64,000 nucleotides of DNA, from positions 15,810,001-15,874,000 of the forward strand of contig CM022665.1 of assembly GCA_012295275.1 (NCBI GenBank). Direction: 5' to 3'. Below, piece by piece: positions 25,701 to 38,453 of this stretch; within the stretch, counting starts at the first letter, position 1; every line of letters starts with the position of its first letter. Position numbers and translations under genes: made by a program. The DNA comes from Chrysomallon squamiferum. Lineage: Eukaryota; Animalia; Mollusca. Below the pieces are notes generated by a model. The model saw nothing but the letters and a program-made list of their open reading frames with translations. It did not search any database and had not been told where the DNA came from.

Positions 25701-26707
25701 CATTTATTAAAATTAAAATTAAAATTAATTTAAATTACTTTTTAAGGCCATGGCGAATATGAAAGCCATTTTCTAATATTAGTAAGGTTATATATTAAAT
25801 ATGTTTTATGGTCTGTGTTAATACACATCATTTTCAATAAGATAATGCATGTATAACACACACACATCAAATCACTTTTTAAGATCAGGTCTAATATGTA
25901 AGCCATTTTCTAATACTAGTAAGTTTATACATTTAAAATATTAAATTAAATCACGTTTTAAGGTCAGGGCTAATATGTAAGCCATGACTTAATGCAACAG
26001 CAAATTCTTCAGTCAAAAAAGAACCATGTTCAAGAACTGAGACTCTGGCTCGTTCTGCAATGTCCAGTATGACAGGCTGAAAACACCTACAGATGTCTTC
26101 AGTACATTCTTTATTAACTAGTAACTCAGAGAGTGAATTCATGAAGTTTAGTCTGTCTGATGGATTCCATATCTGGAAAGGAAAAAGCCTGGTTATTCTA
26201 CTTTTAAATAATTATGCGTATCTCTTTTAGTTTTCAAATTCATTTAAAAAAAAAAAAAATAAATAAAGAAAATAAAAACATTTAAAATAATATTTTGTTT
26301 CAAAGGCAGAGAGAGACGCTCAGTAAATTATAATTTTGCACACCATACACTATGTATCTCAATTCACCTGAGGTTTTCAATTAACACACAAATCAAATAA
26401 TTATAATTACAAAAATAATAATAATAAATAAAAATAATAAATTAATGTACACTTTAAAAATGATTTAATAACTATTATTAGTAGTAACAGTACTGCTATA
26501 AATAACATTAATCGCCGACTTACTAACTTTGGAGTGAACTTAAGAAAAGTATTAATAATTATAAATTTATCGTCTTCGTTAAGTTAATCAAATCACCTGT
26601 TTCGAAAGGTACAGTTTTAATTTGGAACTACACGTTCCATTTAACTGGCATAGTAATTTCAGCGATTCAAATACGATCCATTCCTTTGTAGTTCGTTCTG
26701 CGTCCAT
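331..26707 (-). CDS. MDN1: Midasin (MDN1/Rea1 AAA+ ATPase, 60S ribosome biogenesis); 5' part, 35 exons, gene continues beyond position 1
   Basis: Exon 1-2 junction LYLSKQ|IWNPSDRLNFMNSLSELLVNKECTEDICRCFQPVILDIAER resembles the metazoan MDN1 N-terminus. Five Walker A motifs: GPVGSGKT, GETGTGKT, GETSVGKT, GETGCGKT, GSPGVGKT, plus FATMNPGGDFGKKELSPALRNRFTEIW. GT-AG exons in frame: 26597-26707, 25955-26172, 25337-25433, 25070-25197, 24456-24563, 23642-23828, 22393-22602, 21745-21980, 21314-21428, 20593-20759, 19827-20004, 18927-19039, 18329-18480, 17846-17906, 17058-17172, 16839-16923, 16210-16313, 15379-15515, 15138-15242, 13140-13325, 12784-12859, 10183-10448, 9129-9399, 7746-7862, 7069-7215, 6595-6742, 5721-6000, 5383-5521, 4682-4957, 3896-4092, 3188-3315, 2612-2812, 2147-2352, 859-981, 331-528. 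Confidence 0.97.
1694..1818 (-). ncRNA. Intronic box H/ACA snoRNA candidate, copy 1 (predicted 18S rRNA pseudouridylation guide)
   Basis: On the host strand: hairpin GCACTG..CAGTGC with upper stem CATGTGA/TCATGTG, H box AAATAA, hairpin CTGTAC..GTACAG, then ACA+3 nt; 125 nt. Pocket AAAGTG/CTCATT, 14 nt from the H box, is complementary to 18S AAUGAG-UA-CACUUU. Confidence 0.8.
8043..8165. repeat. Dispersed ~125 bp repeat, near-identical to 18652-18776
   Basis: aaaaagtcacaaaattaattgatatttg...aaattaatcacctagctcaatgctgatatttcttaatgc...gtcagcacaaaacacacaaaataaga occurs twice in the same orientation in two MDN1 introns. Confidence 0.85.
8335..8459 (-). ncRNA. Intronic box H/ACA snoRNA candidate, copy 2
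   Basis: Same 5' hairpin and pocket as copy 1 (upper stem CATATGA/TCATGTG), H box AAATTA. Different 3' hairpin (GTGTAA/TTACAT, upper stem TATACTCAT/ATGAGTGTA, pocket 15 nt from ACA), then ACA-TAA; 125 nt. Confidence 0.8.
8740..9128 (-). repeat. Highly degenerate tandem units resembling the adjacent MDN1 donor site (exon 9129-9399)
   Basis: Recurrent attaatttac(c)/aacttacc motifs, spaced tens of bp apart, echo the true junction catcaatttaccctgttcaa. Confidence 0.45.
9400..9780 (-). repeat. ~60 bp tandem repeat (about 6 units) abutting and resembling the acceptor of MDN1 exon 9129-9399
   Basis: Unit approximately tttgactggtaaagggtaatgtataatacagaatatatacaattactgatggctttcatacctt. On the minus strand it reads pyrimidine tract-CAG|TCA, like the real ttccttttcaag|TCAG. 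Confidence 0.8.
9900..10020 (-). ncRNA. Intronic box H/ACA snoRNA candidate, copy 3 (5' pocket degenerate)
   Basis: GCACTG..CAGTGC hairpin, H box AAATTA, 3' hairpin TGTACTGT/ACAGTATA homologous to copy 1, ACA-GTT; 121 nt. Pocket has drifted to AAAATA/GTCATT. Confidence 0.65.
11100..11800 (-). mobile_element. Decayed pogo/Tigger-like (Tc1-mariner superfamily) transposase fossil in an MDN1 intron
   Basis: Frameshifted, stop-containing translations FSPEIRAEIAKH..KHFSSLLDVSLRESA, TKAARKMSSNF*KQKEDFIATV..IPP..LVIKFVQT and SKQIGIIRFEDK*EITMLL..QVIYKGITE recall pogo-family HTH and DDE-domain motifs. Confidence 0.7.
13372..14760. mobile_element. Non-autonomous DNA transposon with imperfect TIRs, TA-flanked
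   Basis: Left TATA|CAGGATTTGTACA, right TGTATGAACCCTG|TATA (reverse complement CAGGGTTCATACA, 10/13 match); tttccaaa sub-terminal repeats at both ends. Confidence 0.6.
17259..17489 (-). other. Long intronic fold-back: box C/D scaRNA-like candidate or old palindromic MITE
   Basis: Stems TTTATCAAACAC/GTGTTTGATAAA, TATCAAT/ATTGATA, GGGTCT/AGACCC and GCCAC/GTGGC; C-like ATGATTA and D-like ATGA at the ends within a terminal stem. Confidence 0.4.
18161..18226 (-). mobile_element. tRNA-derived SINE head (degenerate)
   Basis: A-box TAGCTCAGCTGGTA and decayed B-box GGTTTAGATCC at tRNA-like spacing; no intact cloverleaf. Confidence 0.5.
18652..18776. repeat. Second copy of the ~125 bp repeat at 8043-8165
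   Basis: Direct sequence identity by eye, with only a few substitutions. Confidence 0.85.
25735..25954 (-). repeat. Two decayed copies of the MDN1 exon 2 3' end plus donor site
   Basis: Real junction aaatcacgttttaaggtcagggctaatatgtaagccat; copies aaatcactttttaagatcaggtctaatatgtaagccat (~25869) and aaattactttttaaggccatggcgaatatgaaagccat (~25732). Confidence 0.85.
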
Positions 26708-27120
26708 CCTAGATTTCAAATTATAAAAATTATTACCAACATTATTAAAATCAAAACGTATTGCAACTTTTCGTCTGCACGCAGCGCGTTATCTGTACCG
26801 GAAAGCAACACGACCACGCGCACTATCTTACGGAGTAAATACAAAATTTTACATTTCAATTTTTAGTGGTTAAAATATTTGTATAATTTTAAAACGAAAA
26901 GTAAAACACATTGTGCTAAAAATATATTATACATATTTGACTTCTTATAATCACTTGATTAGTTTAACGAATATTTACTACAAGTAATAAGAAATATTAT
27001 TTCAGAAGTTCGGATAAAATCGACACCTTTCGGCCGCAGTCAGATGAGCCGATAACAACGAAGAGATGTTAAAATGTGTTTTTGTACCCTTTTATACCGA
27101 TTCAACGTGTACAGAAGTAG
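26708..27120 (-). promoter_or_regulatory. CpG-retaining promoter region of MDN1
   Basis: Local cluster of CpGs directly upstream of the ATG, contrasting with the CpG-poor gene body; ETS-like ACCGGAAA near 26797. Confidence 0.55.
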
Positions 27121-29337
27121 GCATTTCTTTTCAATTTGATATTTAACTTAATAATAGTAATAATAATAATAAAATGTTAATTACATAGTCATTAAATTTA
27201 TTTCACTAGCAAAATTATAAATAAATAAATAATTAATATATAATATATATATACATACTACTACTATTAACGTAACTAAGCCCAGAACTAAAACTACTAT
27301 TTCTATTACTGCTAATGAAATAAACTGAAATAAATAATATTTAATTATTTATGTATATTTTTGCAAATGAAATCCAGTATCTGAAGTACATTTGATTTTT
27401 ATTCTTTTTTTGAGTGTTTTTTTTATTAGATTTGTTGGCTATGTACAGTCTGAAAGGACGTGAATGTTGATGTCTGTACTGTAGGTGGTGGTCGTGCAAT
27501 ACTTGCTATTCATATCTTCTGTTCATTAAATTGCAATGTTATTTTTTTTTTTTTTTTTTTTTTTATATATATATATAATAGCATTTGTTTGTTTATTTCT
27601 TTTCACTTATTTATTCACTGATTGACTGACTAATTCATACATGCATTAATTCATTCATTATTTATTTAAATTTATTTAAACAATTTCCAAGAATCACTTT
27701 TTACAGCTAATTATATAAATGCCTCTAAGCAGCTTACAATTGCTATTACATTTTATTCATAAGTAAACAAAACTTGTATATTATGCAAATTTCAAATGTG
27801 ATAGGTTAATGCAATACAGACACCTTTAAAATTAAAGCTCAGAATTAGACAGCACAATATAAAAAGTTATATTTGATAAAAATACAGATGTAAGATTTAG
27901 TGTAAAAACATGTAAACCCCAATTAATTACCTTTGGGTGCAGCTTGTGTTAAATTCTTTAAAAAAGAAATTATGTGTTTACTGGCAGTATTACAACACTG
28001 AAACTATTTAAATATATTGTATTTTATTTTTTAGATACCTGAGTAAGTTTCTTTCAGTACTAGCGAATGTTCAACTTCAAGTTCGAAAACATCAGATTTG
28101 GCATAATTTATGCATTATCAATATCATTTCACTTGTAGTTCTCTCATTTTCACTTCTATTAATCTAATTTATTTAATAGCAGACCAAAAATATGACAGAC
28201 TAAAAGATAAAGTGAATAAAGTTTTGTTTTGTTTTTAATATAATAAGTGAACTTTTCTTTCCTTTTTGCAGAATTTTAAAAGTGGATTTTCTTTTCTTTT
28301 TCTTCTTTTTTTAAATATCTTTTATTATTATTATTACAGACATAGCAAAATATGATGGATTTAAAACTTATAAATGTAAAGAAATTGTTATCTCAGTCTT
28401 ATATGAATTTTATTGATAAATATTTTAAAATCTGTTTTTCATTTTCAAACTGTTATTATTATTTAATAATAAACAAGAAACATGCCAGCAAAAGACAACA
28501 GATTTATAGATAAATCATAAATCGCACAAACATAAACAGTACTGTTTATGTTTGTGTGAATTTTAAATTTCCTAAAAAACAAAAACAAATAGATATATTT
28601 CTAAATTTCATAGTTCTGATATTGATAAATAATACTTTTTTCTTTTTTCTTTTTTTAATTTTGAAATTATTAATATTTATTATTTGTTTCAGTTAATAAA
28701 AAAAAAATCATGGTGGAAGAGGATTACTGATTTAGAACTACAAACAATAAACAAAATTTTATTTCTGAATAAAATATGTTTGTTAAAGATGAATAAAATA
28801 CTAGTTTTCTTTTTCTTCAGTAAATATTAATATTATTTTTTTTAATTTTATTTCTCTTTACAGACAATGTAAGAAGACAACATTTTTAATTTTTTTTTTA
28901 TAACAGACTGTTATTACTAAATAATATTTTAATTTTCTTCTTGTGATTGTTAAAATTTATATATTTATTTATTTATTTATTAGTTTACACATAACACAAA
29001 CATGAAACCAGATTTACAGACATAACCAACAGACAAATATATTTTTGTATATGATTGTTTGAGTTTATTATTATTATTATTATTTTAAATTAACATTAAT
29101 AAATAAATGTTTCCTTCTATTTACAGAATGTTAAAATTTGTTTTTGTTCTGTTCTAAGTAGCAAACATGATAAAAGAAAACAATATCTATCTATTACTAA
29201 AAATGATAAATAAAATGTTAAAATTTTGTAATAGTGTTTATTATTAACAAATATATATATATATTTTTTTTTTAGTTTTCAAATCGTTAATATTTATTAT
29301 ATCATTTAATTTATCAACTAGAACATAGATTTACCAA

Positions 29338-29760
29338 AGGGTCATTCCGTGTCAAATCACCAAATGGGTTAAACCCGACTGTCTCAGATTTTTATAAAAC
29401 TTGGTATACTTGTTGACTGGGATCCCCTAGCACCAAATCTGAAATATTAGCCCAATTGGATCAGTGGTATGGGAGATATGACACCGAATTTTGAGATTTT
29501 TGGCAAAAATGGGCGTGACCACCAACCTTAGAACCCTCATATCTCATGAACTCATGGGCCAATCTTCATAAAATTGGTATTGTTGAAAAGGCAATATGAC
29601 AAGGATTTCAAATCTGTTCAGTTTGGAAAATATGTGAGTACATTGACCTTTTGACCTTTGATATGACATTGAAATTGACCGTGTGGATCACGTGACCTTG
29701 AGATGACCTTTATTGAAATTTAATCTCCCACATGTTAACTAAAACATATAAAAGTTTCCT
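29338..29760. repeat. Interspersed repeat / DNA transposon end fragment
   Basis: Abrupt GC-richer block starting AGGGTCATTCCGTGTCAAATC with TGACCTT(T)GACCT motifs; no matching second TIR found. Confidence 0.45.
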
Positions 29761-31201
29761 GGGTGTAATGTTTTTTATTTAGCCACAATATAGATTTAAA
29801 AAATGCACATACATGAAAATAACACCTTTTCAGCCATTAAGATCTGATTAACTAAAACCTGAATGATCAAGGAATCACCATCTTTCTTGATCATGAAAAA
29901 CATTGATATAAATAATATCTATTTTCACGTTTACGGTAACAAGAATTACAACATATAATATTCCAAGTGAATAAAAAATCAAACTCGCATCATTTCTGTT
30001 TTTAATTTTAATCTTTAAGGATGACAACCCCCCCCCCAAAAAAAAAACCCCAATCTTTTTTAAACTTTCTTCAGATTATGAAAAGAATTATTTTGATACG
30101 TATCTTCAGATGAAAATTCAAGTTTGTTTAGCAAAAAACAACAAAACAACAAACAACAACAAGAGAATCGGGTGCGACACGCTACAGCCAGCGCTTTTTC
30201 TATTAATGTATAACATTTTTGTTCGGGTACTGTGACACAAAGTTTTGGACTGTGAGAACTTTTTAGCGTATAATGATACACACTGATCAGTAAATTTCAT
30301 TTGTTAATATGAATCGATTCACATGTCAGTGTTAAGCTAAGATTCTATCAGCAAGTTACATTGCTCCATTTTCAACATTGTTACACACCGCGCCCCGCGT
30401 TCCTAATTACGTAGTGCTTAATAAAATGTTTATCATGTTCGTGGAATAATATTTTTGTTTATTAGTACATGACTGTGATTATTTTCCATTTAATTTTCAA
30501 ACACAATAATAGTTTTTAAGTGTTTATTTGCAAACAGAATATGCACAAATGTTAGATAAATAAAAAAATTATTATTATTATTATTCTCATTTTGTTATTA
30601 AAATTATAATATATATATTTGAAAGCAAGTGTAATTGCAAGCAACATTTTTTATTTTTATTTTTTTAAAGTAAACTATGCTTAGGAATACAATCATGAAA
30701 ATGGCTCAGGAGGAAATGCATACAAAATAAGTAAAATATATAACTAATTTGTTCATTTAATATATCTGTGTATACCAGTGTAAATGTTGTCGTGTTTATG
30801 TATGTGTGGATGGATGGATGTAAGTATGTTTGTGTGTACATATATATGTACAAGTGTGTATATATGTGTGTGTGTTATGCATGTTTGTATGTGTATGTGT
30901 GTTATGCATGTTTGTATGTGTATGCATGTCTGTGAGTATATATGTATGCACGCGCATATGCATGTGTTATGTATACATCGTACACGTATCTATATATATG
31001 TATACACAATAAAAAAATATATATATAGTTTATGTGTCAAACAACAAGATGTAATTTATGTATTTACTTAAGTATACATGGTATACAAAATTTAAAAAAA
31101 TGATTTATTCCTCCTCTATCATAAAGCAATATTCTAATATTTTCTAAAACAAATGTCAAGGTATAATGGCTTCTGCAATATTTAAATTTATTCTTTGTCC
31201 T

Positions 31202-31369
31202 TTAAGGCTGAACAGTTTTCATTCCGGTTAGAGCCAAAGAAACAAGAATGAATGCTGGGAACACATGCGATCCTGAATAAAATGAAACAAAATGAAATGT
31301 AATAAGATAAAATATAGTAAAACATAAAATAAATTAAAGAAAAATAATATGTATGTATACGTATAAATA

Positions 31370-31412
<43 letters not shown>

Positions 31413-34274
31413 AGACAAAATACAAAAATAAAATAAAACCAAAAATTTATTGATTTTGTAATTTGACAGTTTTTTTGTTTATGTGAAGCTTATTTAAAAT
31501 ACTGAACAGTATATGTTCTCTCTACACCTCCTCCCCCGTTTTTTCAACAACGCACTAACCCTGGAAATCATTTACTCTTACGAAGATGACAGTGTAATTT
31601 AGAAGAAAATTATAAAATATTCTTAAGCTACATTACAAAATACATTTAACTTATATATATATATATACCTGAATTTGTATAAGCCACAACAGGTGCCAGT
31701 TGGTCCACAGTAGCTGCAAGAGTCTTTGCCGTCTTGGCTGCGAACCCAATCATACTATCATTAACCCTTTCCATGGTGTCACAACTCTGATGGTAACATT
31801 TGTTCATGTAACCTCTGAAGTTGGCTGAATTATAATAAAACAAATACATTCAGAGAGATTGACATCCATATGGAACCAACTAATAACGCTAACATGTCTG
31901 ATACAAAAATCAGTGAATAAAGATACTTTAATTAGTTCCTGTTACCTGTGTCGGTTAAAAAAATGGCGCGGATTCCTGCCTGCCAGAACGTGGCATGATC
32001 ACTTCGCATAAAATTGTTGTATCGCACAAATTCTTCTTGTGAAACGTAATCCCCTTTTAGCATGGATAAATTTAGTTTTTCGATTTCGTACTGGCTTTGT
32101 CCCTGGCGATGGAACTGTGTTACAAACGCATTCATCATCTGGGAATCAGCTGGGCGACCTATCACAGTAAGAAAATCACCTTGGTTGCCATCGCTTTTAA
32201 GATGTTTAGCTGTAATAGGGAACAACTAAAAAAGAAAACATACGAAAACAAATTTAGAGAAAAAGCAACAAAAAAACATTTTATTTTTATTTTTTATTTT
32301 TTATTTTTTAAAGCTGTAACATTAAGTACGAAGAAAGAAAAAGAATAGATGAATTATGATGTGAATGAAAGGAGAAGGCGGGTGAAACGAAAAGTAATAT
32401 TTTTAATAAAAATCAATAGATCAGTCAATAAATAAGTAAGTAAATAAACAAAGAAAAAAACAAAACCAAAAACAGACGATGTGCCTTGATAATTAAACTT
32501 TCTGATTACCGGTACTGAAAAAAGTTGAAATATGCTGATATAGTGAGACAGAAATTAAAAAGTAAATAATAAACAAATAAATAATAAAAAGGAAACCACA
32601 AGATATTCAGCTGCAATGCGAGCAGCAGAAATAAATAAGAGAAAGTAGATTTAACAATAAGAAAACAATGCATCTTTGTAAATATAATAATGTTTTAACC
32701 TGGCTAAATGTCATAGAAGTATGGATTCAGTGCGGGAAGTTCATTACATTGTCCACACAATGTGTATCAATGAAAATAACACGTTTTTGTTAATACAATT
32801 AACATTTTATCATTAAAATACACACCAGTAATTGTATTTAGCAATGAAAACATCTTTGTAAATATTATAAACTTTTAACCTGGCTAAACATCACTGAAGT
32901 TATGGGTAGTGACTGAGATTGTCTGTGTTCGTCAAAGTTCATTATAGTATCCATCACCATCACACCGGAAACCTTTGGCGTCTTGGACCAGAAATGAGGA
33001 ACCCATTCAGTGATAAAATGCTTGCTTCCGCAACCTATATCGTCACAAGCGCGATCTCTAACAGAGGCTGAAATAATTATTATCTAAATATATAGATATA
33101 CACACACACACACACACACACTCTCATATATATATGTATATATATTTAACAGAAACAACAAAAACCAAAATCATAAAATGACAACATAACAAAAAAAACA
33201 CAAACAAAACCTACAAATATAAACAGTAATAACAATAAAAATTCGCACAGCCGTACAAATAAAAAAATAAGTGAACAATAACAATATTAATCTTGTAATA
33301 TTAAATTTTTTAGAAATAAGTCCGTAAATTGTTATCATTATTATTATTATTATAGATCAAAATAATAATGATTATAATAATAATTTTCTAAAAAAAAATG
33401 TCTTCCTCTCTTTTCTCTTTTCTCTTCTTTTCCGTAAACCCTCACCTTATGAACTTAAAAATCTTGTTATGTACTTCGTTCTCTGAACTTTAATTTTGTA
33501 CCCAACATCAACAACCCCCAACCCACTTAACTCTTTTGGCAGCTGAAGTTGTTCTCCTGATTATATAATGTTTCCCGTTTGACCTTTCTTCTTCTTCTTC
33601 TTCTTCTTCTTATTGTTATTATAGATCAGAATAAAAAATAATAATCATAATAATTCACAGAATAGTTTAAATATTCAAGTCAAACTTCGATAACTTGAAA
33701 TTAAAGTGGACAGAGAAATGAGTGAATGTTACGTTTTTAATGTCAAGACAGTTTCCTAGTAGACCTGTTATGGATACATGACATGATAACAGTATTCCAG
33801 AATTATAATACTGAAATTAAATTACATTTTTCCCATTCTTCAAAATCGAAAGCAGCGAAAATAACAGTGTTGTTTCTGTGTGTTCGACTTGCCACTTTTT
33901 TGGCTGCCTGCAGCATAGCAACGACAGCTGCACCATTGTCATCAACGCCTGAAAAAAAAAAAAATTGTGTGTTTACACACATACACACACACACATAAGT
34001 TTATATACACATTATAAAACTGAAAGAAGACCGAACCATTTCACCTACCAACCTACTAAACAAAAACAAAAACAAGAGAGAGAGTGAGAAAAATAATAAC
34101 AACAATAAAAAATAAAAATAAAGAAATGAAAACAAAAAAACAAAAAACTCGAAAGGAGAAAGAAATTCTAACCCAGGAGCGGGGCGTGATTTAGAAAAGT
34201 GGGTGTGATTATTATTTAAGCGTATCTTTCGTACGTGCTACAAATGCATAAATGTTCGCTGCTCTTTATTATTA

Positions 34275-34334
<60 letters not shown>

Positions 34335-36708
34335 GGCGATTTGATCAAATTAGTATTGAAAAGCAGATATTGTTATTGTTGTTGTTATTATTATTACATT
34401 TTAATGGAATCATTATTCAAGAGCGATGAACTTAAGGTGAAACAAAATATTTTTATACTTCAGTTGAAGCTTTGTAGTACTTTCCACAAATTCTTGTTGT
34501 CATATTCATGATTACTTTCTATTTATATAATAACAATAGGCCTAATGATAAATAATGTAATAATAATAACAATAATAAAAAAAAGTTATTGTAGAATATA
34601 GATACAGTTTTTTGGTTGTTGAGATATCTGAAAGCTTAACAAACTTTACCAGAACTGAATCTCATTGTATCGTAGTGTGCTGCAATTCCAACAATGACGT
34701 CATTGTCAGTGTTGAAGTGTTTTCCTTTCAAGACACCAAGAACGTTTGTGCCTTTCACCTGAAAAAGTAATGCGTAGTGAAATAAAAACATGCGTGACGG
34801 TTACACATACCCCCCACATAACACTGAAGAAACAAAACAATTTGCTGTTGTATGCAATAAATAATCATTGTAACATGAGCAACAACAACATCAACAACAA
34901 TAAATAAATGAATAAAAATAAATTATTTAACATATGCAATACGGGAAAACATTTTGAAAGGAAATAATATATAAAGTAATTAACTAATTAAATATACAAC
35001 AACAACAACTATCACTACTACTATTAATAATAGTAATAATAATAATATCAGTAGTAGTAGAAGTAGCAACAGAAGCAGCTGTAGTAGGAATAGCAGCAAT
35101 AACAATGGTATTTTTTATTTTATTTTATTTTTTAAAACGATGATGATAGTTAAAATGATAAGAATAATAAAATTACTTATGTTGATGATGACGATAATAA
35201 CGATAACAACAACAATAACGTATTTCAGTAATATTTTCTTTAAAAAAAAAAAAGAGACATTATTGTCACTTACGTTTCGCATGAGAGTTGGAAATACGTC
35301 TACATGTGTTTCAAGGCCATAGTCCCTAAACTGGTCCCTAATGAACCGCATCGCTCTACGTTTGTATTTGGGATATGTTACGTGATGTCTTGGTTGAGAG
35401 AAATGGGACTGTAATGTGTTTTTCATCCATTCTTGGTCGATGTCAGCACGGACAAACAACACTTGAAAAAATATAATGTATTGTAAGTAATTAGTGCATG
35501 TACCTACGTATTTGATCATGTCGTTATAATTATAGATGCAAATAAATTACAGTAAATAAATAAACAAAGGTCGACAAAAATCAAAAATAACTGTATGCAC
35601 ACACGCATAATATGCATACATACGCATTTATACGGTATATGACAAAACAAAACAAAATAAATAAATAAAAATAACCTCCATGACAAAGCTAAAATTTAAT
35701 AGTCGAAAAATCTTTAAATATTCCTGGTGGTACAAGTCACTAATATTTTTTTTTTTAATTATTATTATTTTGGGTGATACAATGATAAAGTATGATATTA
35801 AAATAACAATGTTAAAAAAAGCTGATCGTTCAAACCGGTTAACTTGAAAGTGTAAAGAATTTTACCAAACCATTTATTATTACCTCAACAGGTACACTTT
35901 ATACTACATATCACAAGCAACGTTTGAAAATGAAATAGGATTCCAGGAAAACTGCGTATCGTTTAGTTTTGTTTATCTGATAATATGATTTGACTTGAAT
36001 TAGTTGTATCTGGCCTCGATATACCGAAGAAAAAAAAAAAAAAAAAAAAAAACACGAGACGAAAAAAACCGAAAAAAAAAACCGAGTGAAATAAATAAAT
36101 AAATAATTATAAAACATCCTAAAAATGATCACGTAGTTAAGAAGAACAAGGACAATCGTAATAAAACCACCACCAATAATAAACATTGTAACAACATCTG
36201 AGTGAAATATTTGCGAATGGTACTATTAAAAGGCTGACAACCATTTGAGGAATTAAATTACAGAAATTATTTATGCAAAATCTACATAACGTCAACAATA
36301 TTTTTGACTGTGATAAACCACGTCGGCAGTGGTTGCGATAAAATTTAAATAAGCTACCGAAATGTTTTGTAATTAACAGATATCTTTGGTAGTCGGTATA
36401 ATTAGCTGAAATAAACTTTGTGTAAATTCAAAATGACTGTTTTATTTTCCTCTAGGTTCCAGTTAAACTAAAATAAAATAAATTAAGGATCCACATTAGA
36501 AAATGATTTTTTATTTTTATTTATTTATTTATTTATTTATTTTTATTTTATAGTTCATTTAATAAACAGATCTATCCATTGTGTAAGAAATAAAATAAAA
36601 TCAAGTGAAAAACAGAACTATTGATTCTAAATATTATTATCTTCAATTCAAACTAAATGTCCCAAAAAATCAAAATGGCGGTTTACACCTGTTGTGCATT
36701 GTAGTGTC

Positions 36709-36756
<48 letters not shown>

Positions 36757-36857
36757 AGAAAAAGGCGAAGTGTAAAAAGAACAATAAATAACTAAATAAC
36801 AAAATATAATTTCAATTTTATGTTACCTGTAAATACGAAGGCAAGCAAACACTTCAT
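31202..36857 (-). CDS. Secreted peptidase family M28 (co-catalytic zinc aminopeptidase-like), 8 exons, possible GPI anchor
   Basis: Exons 36827-36857, 35274-35461, 34650-34758, 33826-33948, 32880-33067, 31946-32225, 31669-31824, 31202-31272 join in frame. Signal peptide MKCLLAFVFTVLFVRA; motifs NVLG, AHYDT, GVDDNG, FDFEEW, GSKHF, VMDT, RSDHATF, YHQSCD; tail NSGSHVFPAFILVSLALTGMKTVQP*. Confidence 0.92.
31374..31409. repeat. (GT)n microsatellite
   Basis: Perfect dinucleotide run. Confidence 0.9.
32671..32755 (-). repeat. Decayed duplicate of the peptidase exon 5 3' end plus donor
   Basis: catctttgtaaatataataatgttttaacctggctaaatgtcatagaagtatgg..aagttcatta mirrors the real junction at 32851-32950. 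Confidence 0.85.
34268..34333. repeat. (ATT)n microsatellite
   Basis: Trinucleotide run; similar runs at 36711-36754, 41710-41757, 59294-59343 and 61006-61052. Confidence 0.9.
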
Positions 36858-37257
36858 GGTGAGTGGTCACAGGTCTTGTTAAGTGAATTGCGAGACGAAG
36901 AGTAACGCTTAGTTATAGGTCGCCTTGACAGTATCAAACATAGTCACAATTTCCTAGAAATATTTTCTATATATGGCACACAAAAAGCATTATATAGAAA
37001 CTTAAAAAGAAAAAGAAGAAAAGAGAAAGAGAAAGAAGAAACAAATGAATAAAATAAAAATAATATGTAAACAAACAAACAAAACAAAACATAATCTTAA
37101 TTTTCTAGAACTAGACTATTCTCCATATATAGCATATGAAGAAAAAAAAATGTGTCAACTTCATTTACTGTGTGAAAACGATCGAATATAAAATGATACG
37201 CTCGTGATAAACTGAAAATATGGCAATCTTGCAGTAATTTATTATTTAAAAAACTAT

Positions 37258-37291
<34 letters not shown>

Positions 37292-37389
37292 TCAGTTTAT
37301 TTTTTATACTAGAACACATGCAATTTTGTTATTATAACAGTTCCTGGAGTAAATGTATATTAAAAATTTCTTAATATAAACTCTACGTA

Positions 37390-37557
37390 AAAACACAAAT
37401 TTATTTTGACCCGTATGGGCCTCCGCAGCCGGAATAGCTAGTCCTTCATACAGAGTTACCTCCGTCTTGTTCGATTCTGCAGAATCGCCTAAATTAGTAC
37501 CTGATGATGAGCCATGTCTTATGTGGCCCGCTTCTCGAGAAAGGTTGCCCATGCCTG
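37390..37557 (-). mobile_element. Partial hAT (Charlie-type) MITE end
   Basis: TIR CAGGCATGGGCAACCT on the minus strand next to an NTCTAAAN-like target (ctctaaat); second TIR not found. Confidence 0.55.
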
Positions 37558-38453
37558 CTCTAAATACACATTTGTTCTCAGGGTAAAGTGTATGCAAAAT
37601 GACTGAACATATTCCTTGACGTATATATTTGTAGAAAATATATGTTTATTCTTTCAGCATAATATTCGCATTGCACATTCAAGAGGTGGATATTCTGTTA
37701 AGGTGTGATGAGTAATAGCAATAGCAGTAAGAGTGAAAAAATAAAATACACACACACCCACAGACACATACACACAAACATTATATATAATTAAAAAAAA
37801 AATTAAGTAATTATAATAAAAATAATTAATAAAAATATAATAGTAATAATAAATGCACGCATTATAATTTGCATTCATTACAATACTTTAACAAAAAAAG
37901 ACAACAACAACAACAAAAAAAACCCCAGTAAAATAAATAAAATAAAATAAAATAAATTATGTGAATTAATTTTGTATAAGGTGTCAAATAACAGAAAACA
38001 CTTTAGTACCGTTATTGCTAAGACATAAATTATAGCTTTATGCAGAACAGCATCAGTGTAGTAATCTTTTGATTCAAAAACCAATATTTTCTATCGTAAA
38101 AATATAAACCAATATATATTGTACGTATGGCAGGTACACAACAGATACTAGTATTAATATATTGGAAAAGAGACATTTTATTTTATAAAAGTCAGACACC
38201 GAGAGCGAGAGAGAGAAAAAGAGGATAAAGAGAGAGAGATTACCCATACAGACGATTCACTGCTGACAAACAAATTAATGCATGGGCTTCCTCTTTCAGT
38301 ATGTAAAAAAAAAGTATCAGAAGTCAACTAATTTAAAAGAAAGAAAAAGGTCAATTCTTTTTTTTTGTTAAATTAAAAAAATTAAAAAGAAAGAATAATA
38401 TGAATTAGTCTTGTCAATGTCTTTTTGTCGTTTTTCTTCCATTTTTTCTTTCT

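Noticed and set aside
28035-28042. 8-nt ag|ATACCTGA|gtaagt microexon-like signal
   Set aside because: No gene context on the plus strand to attach it to.
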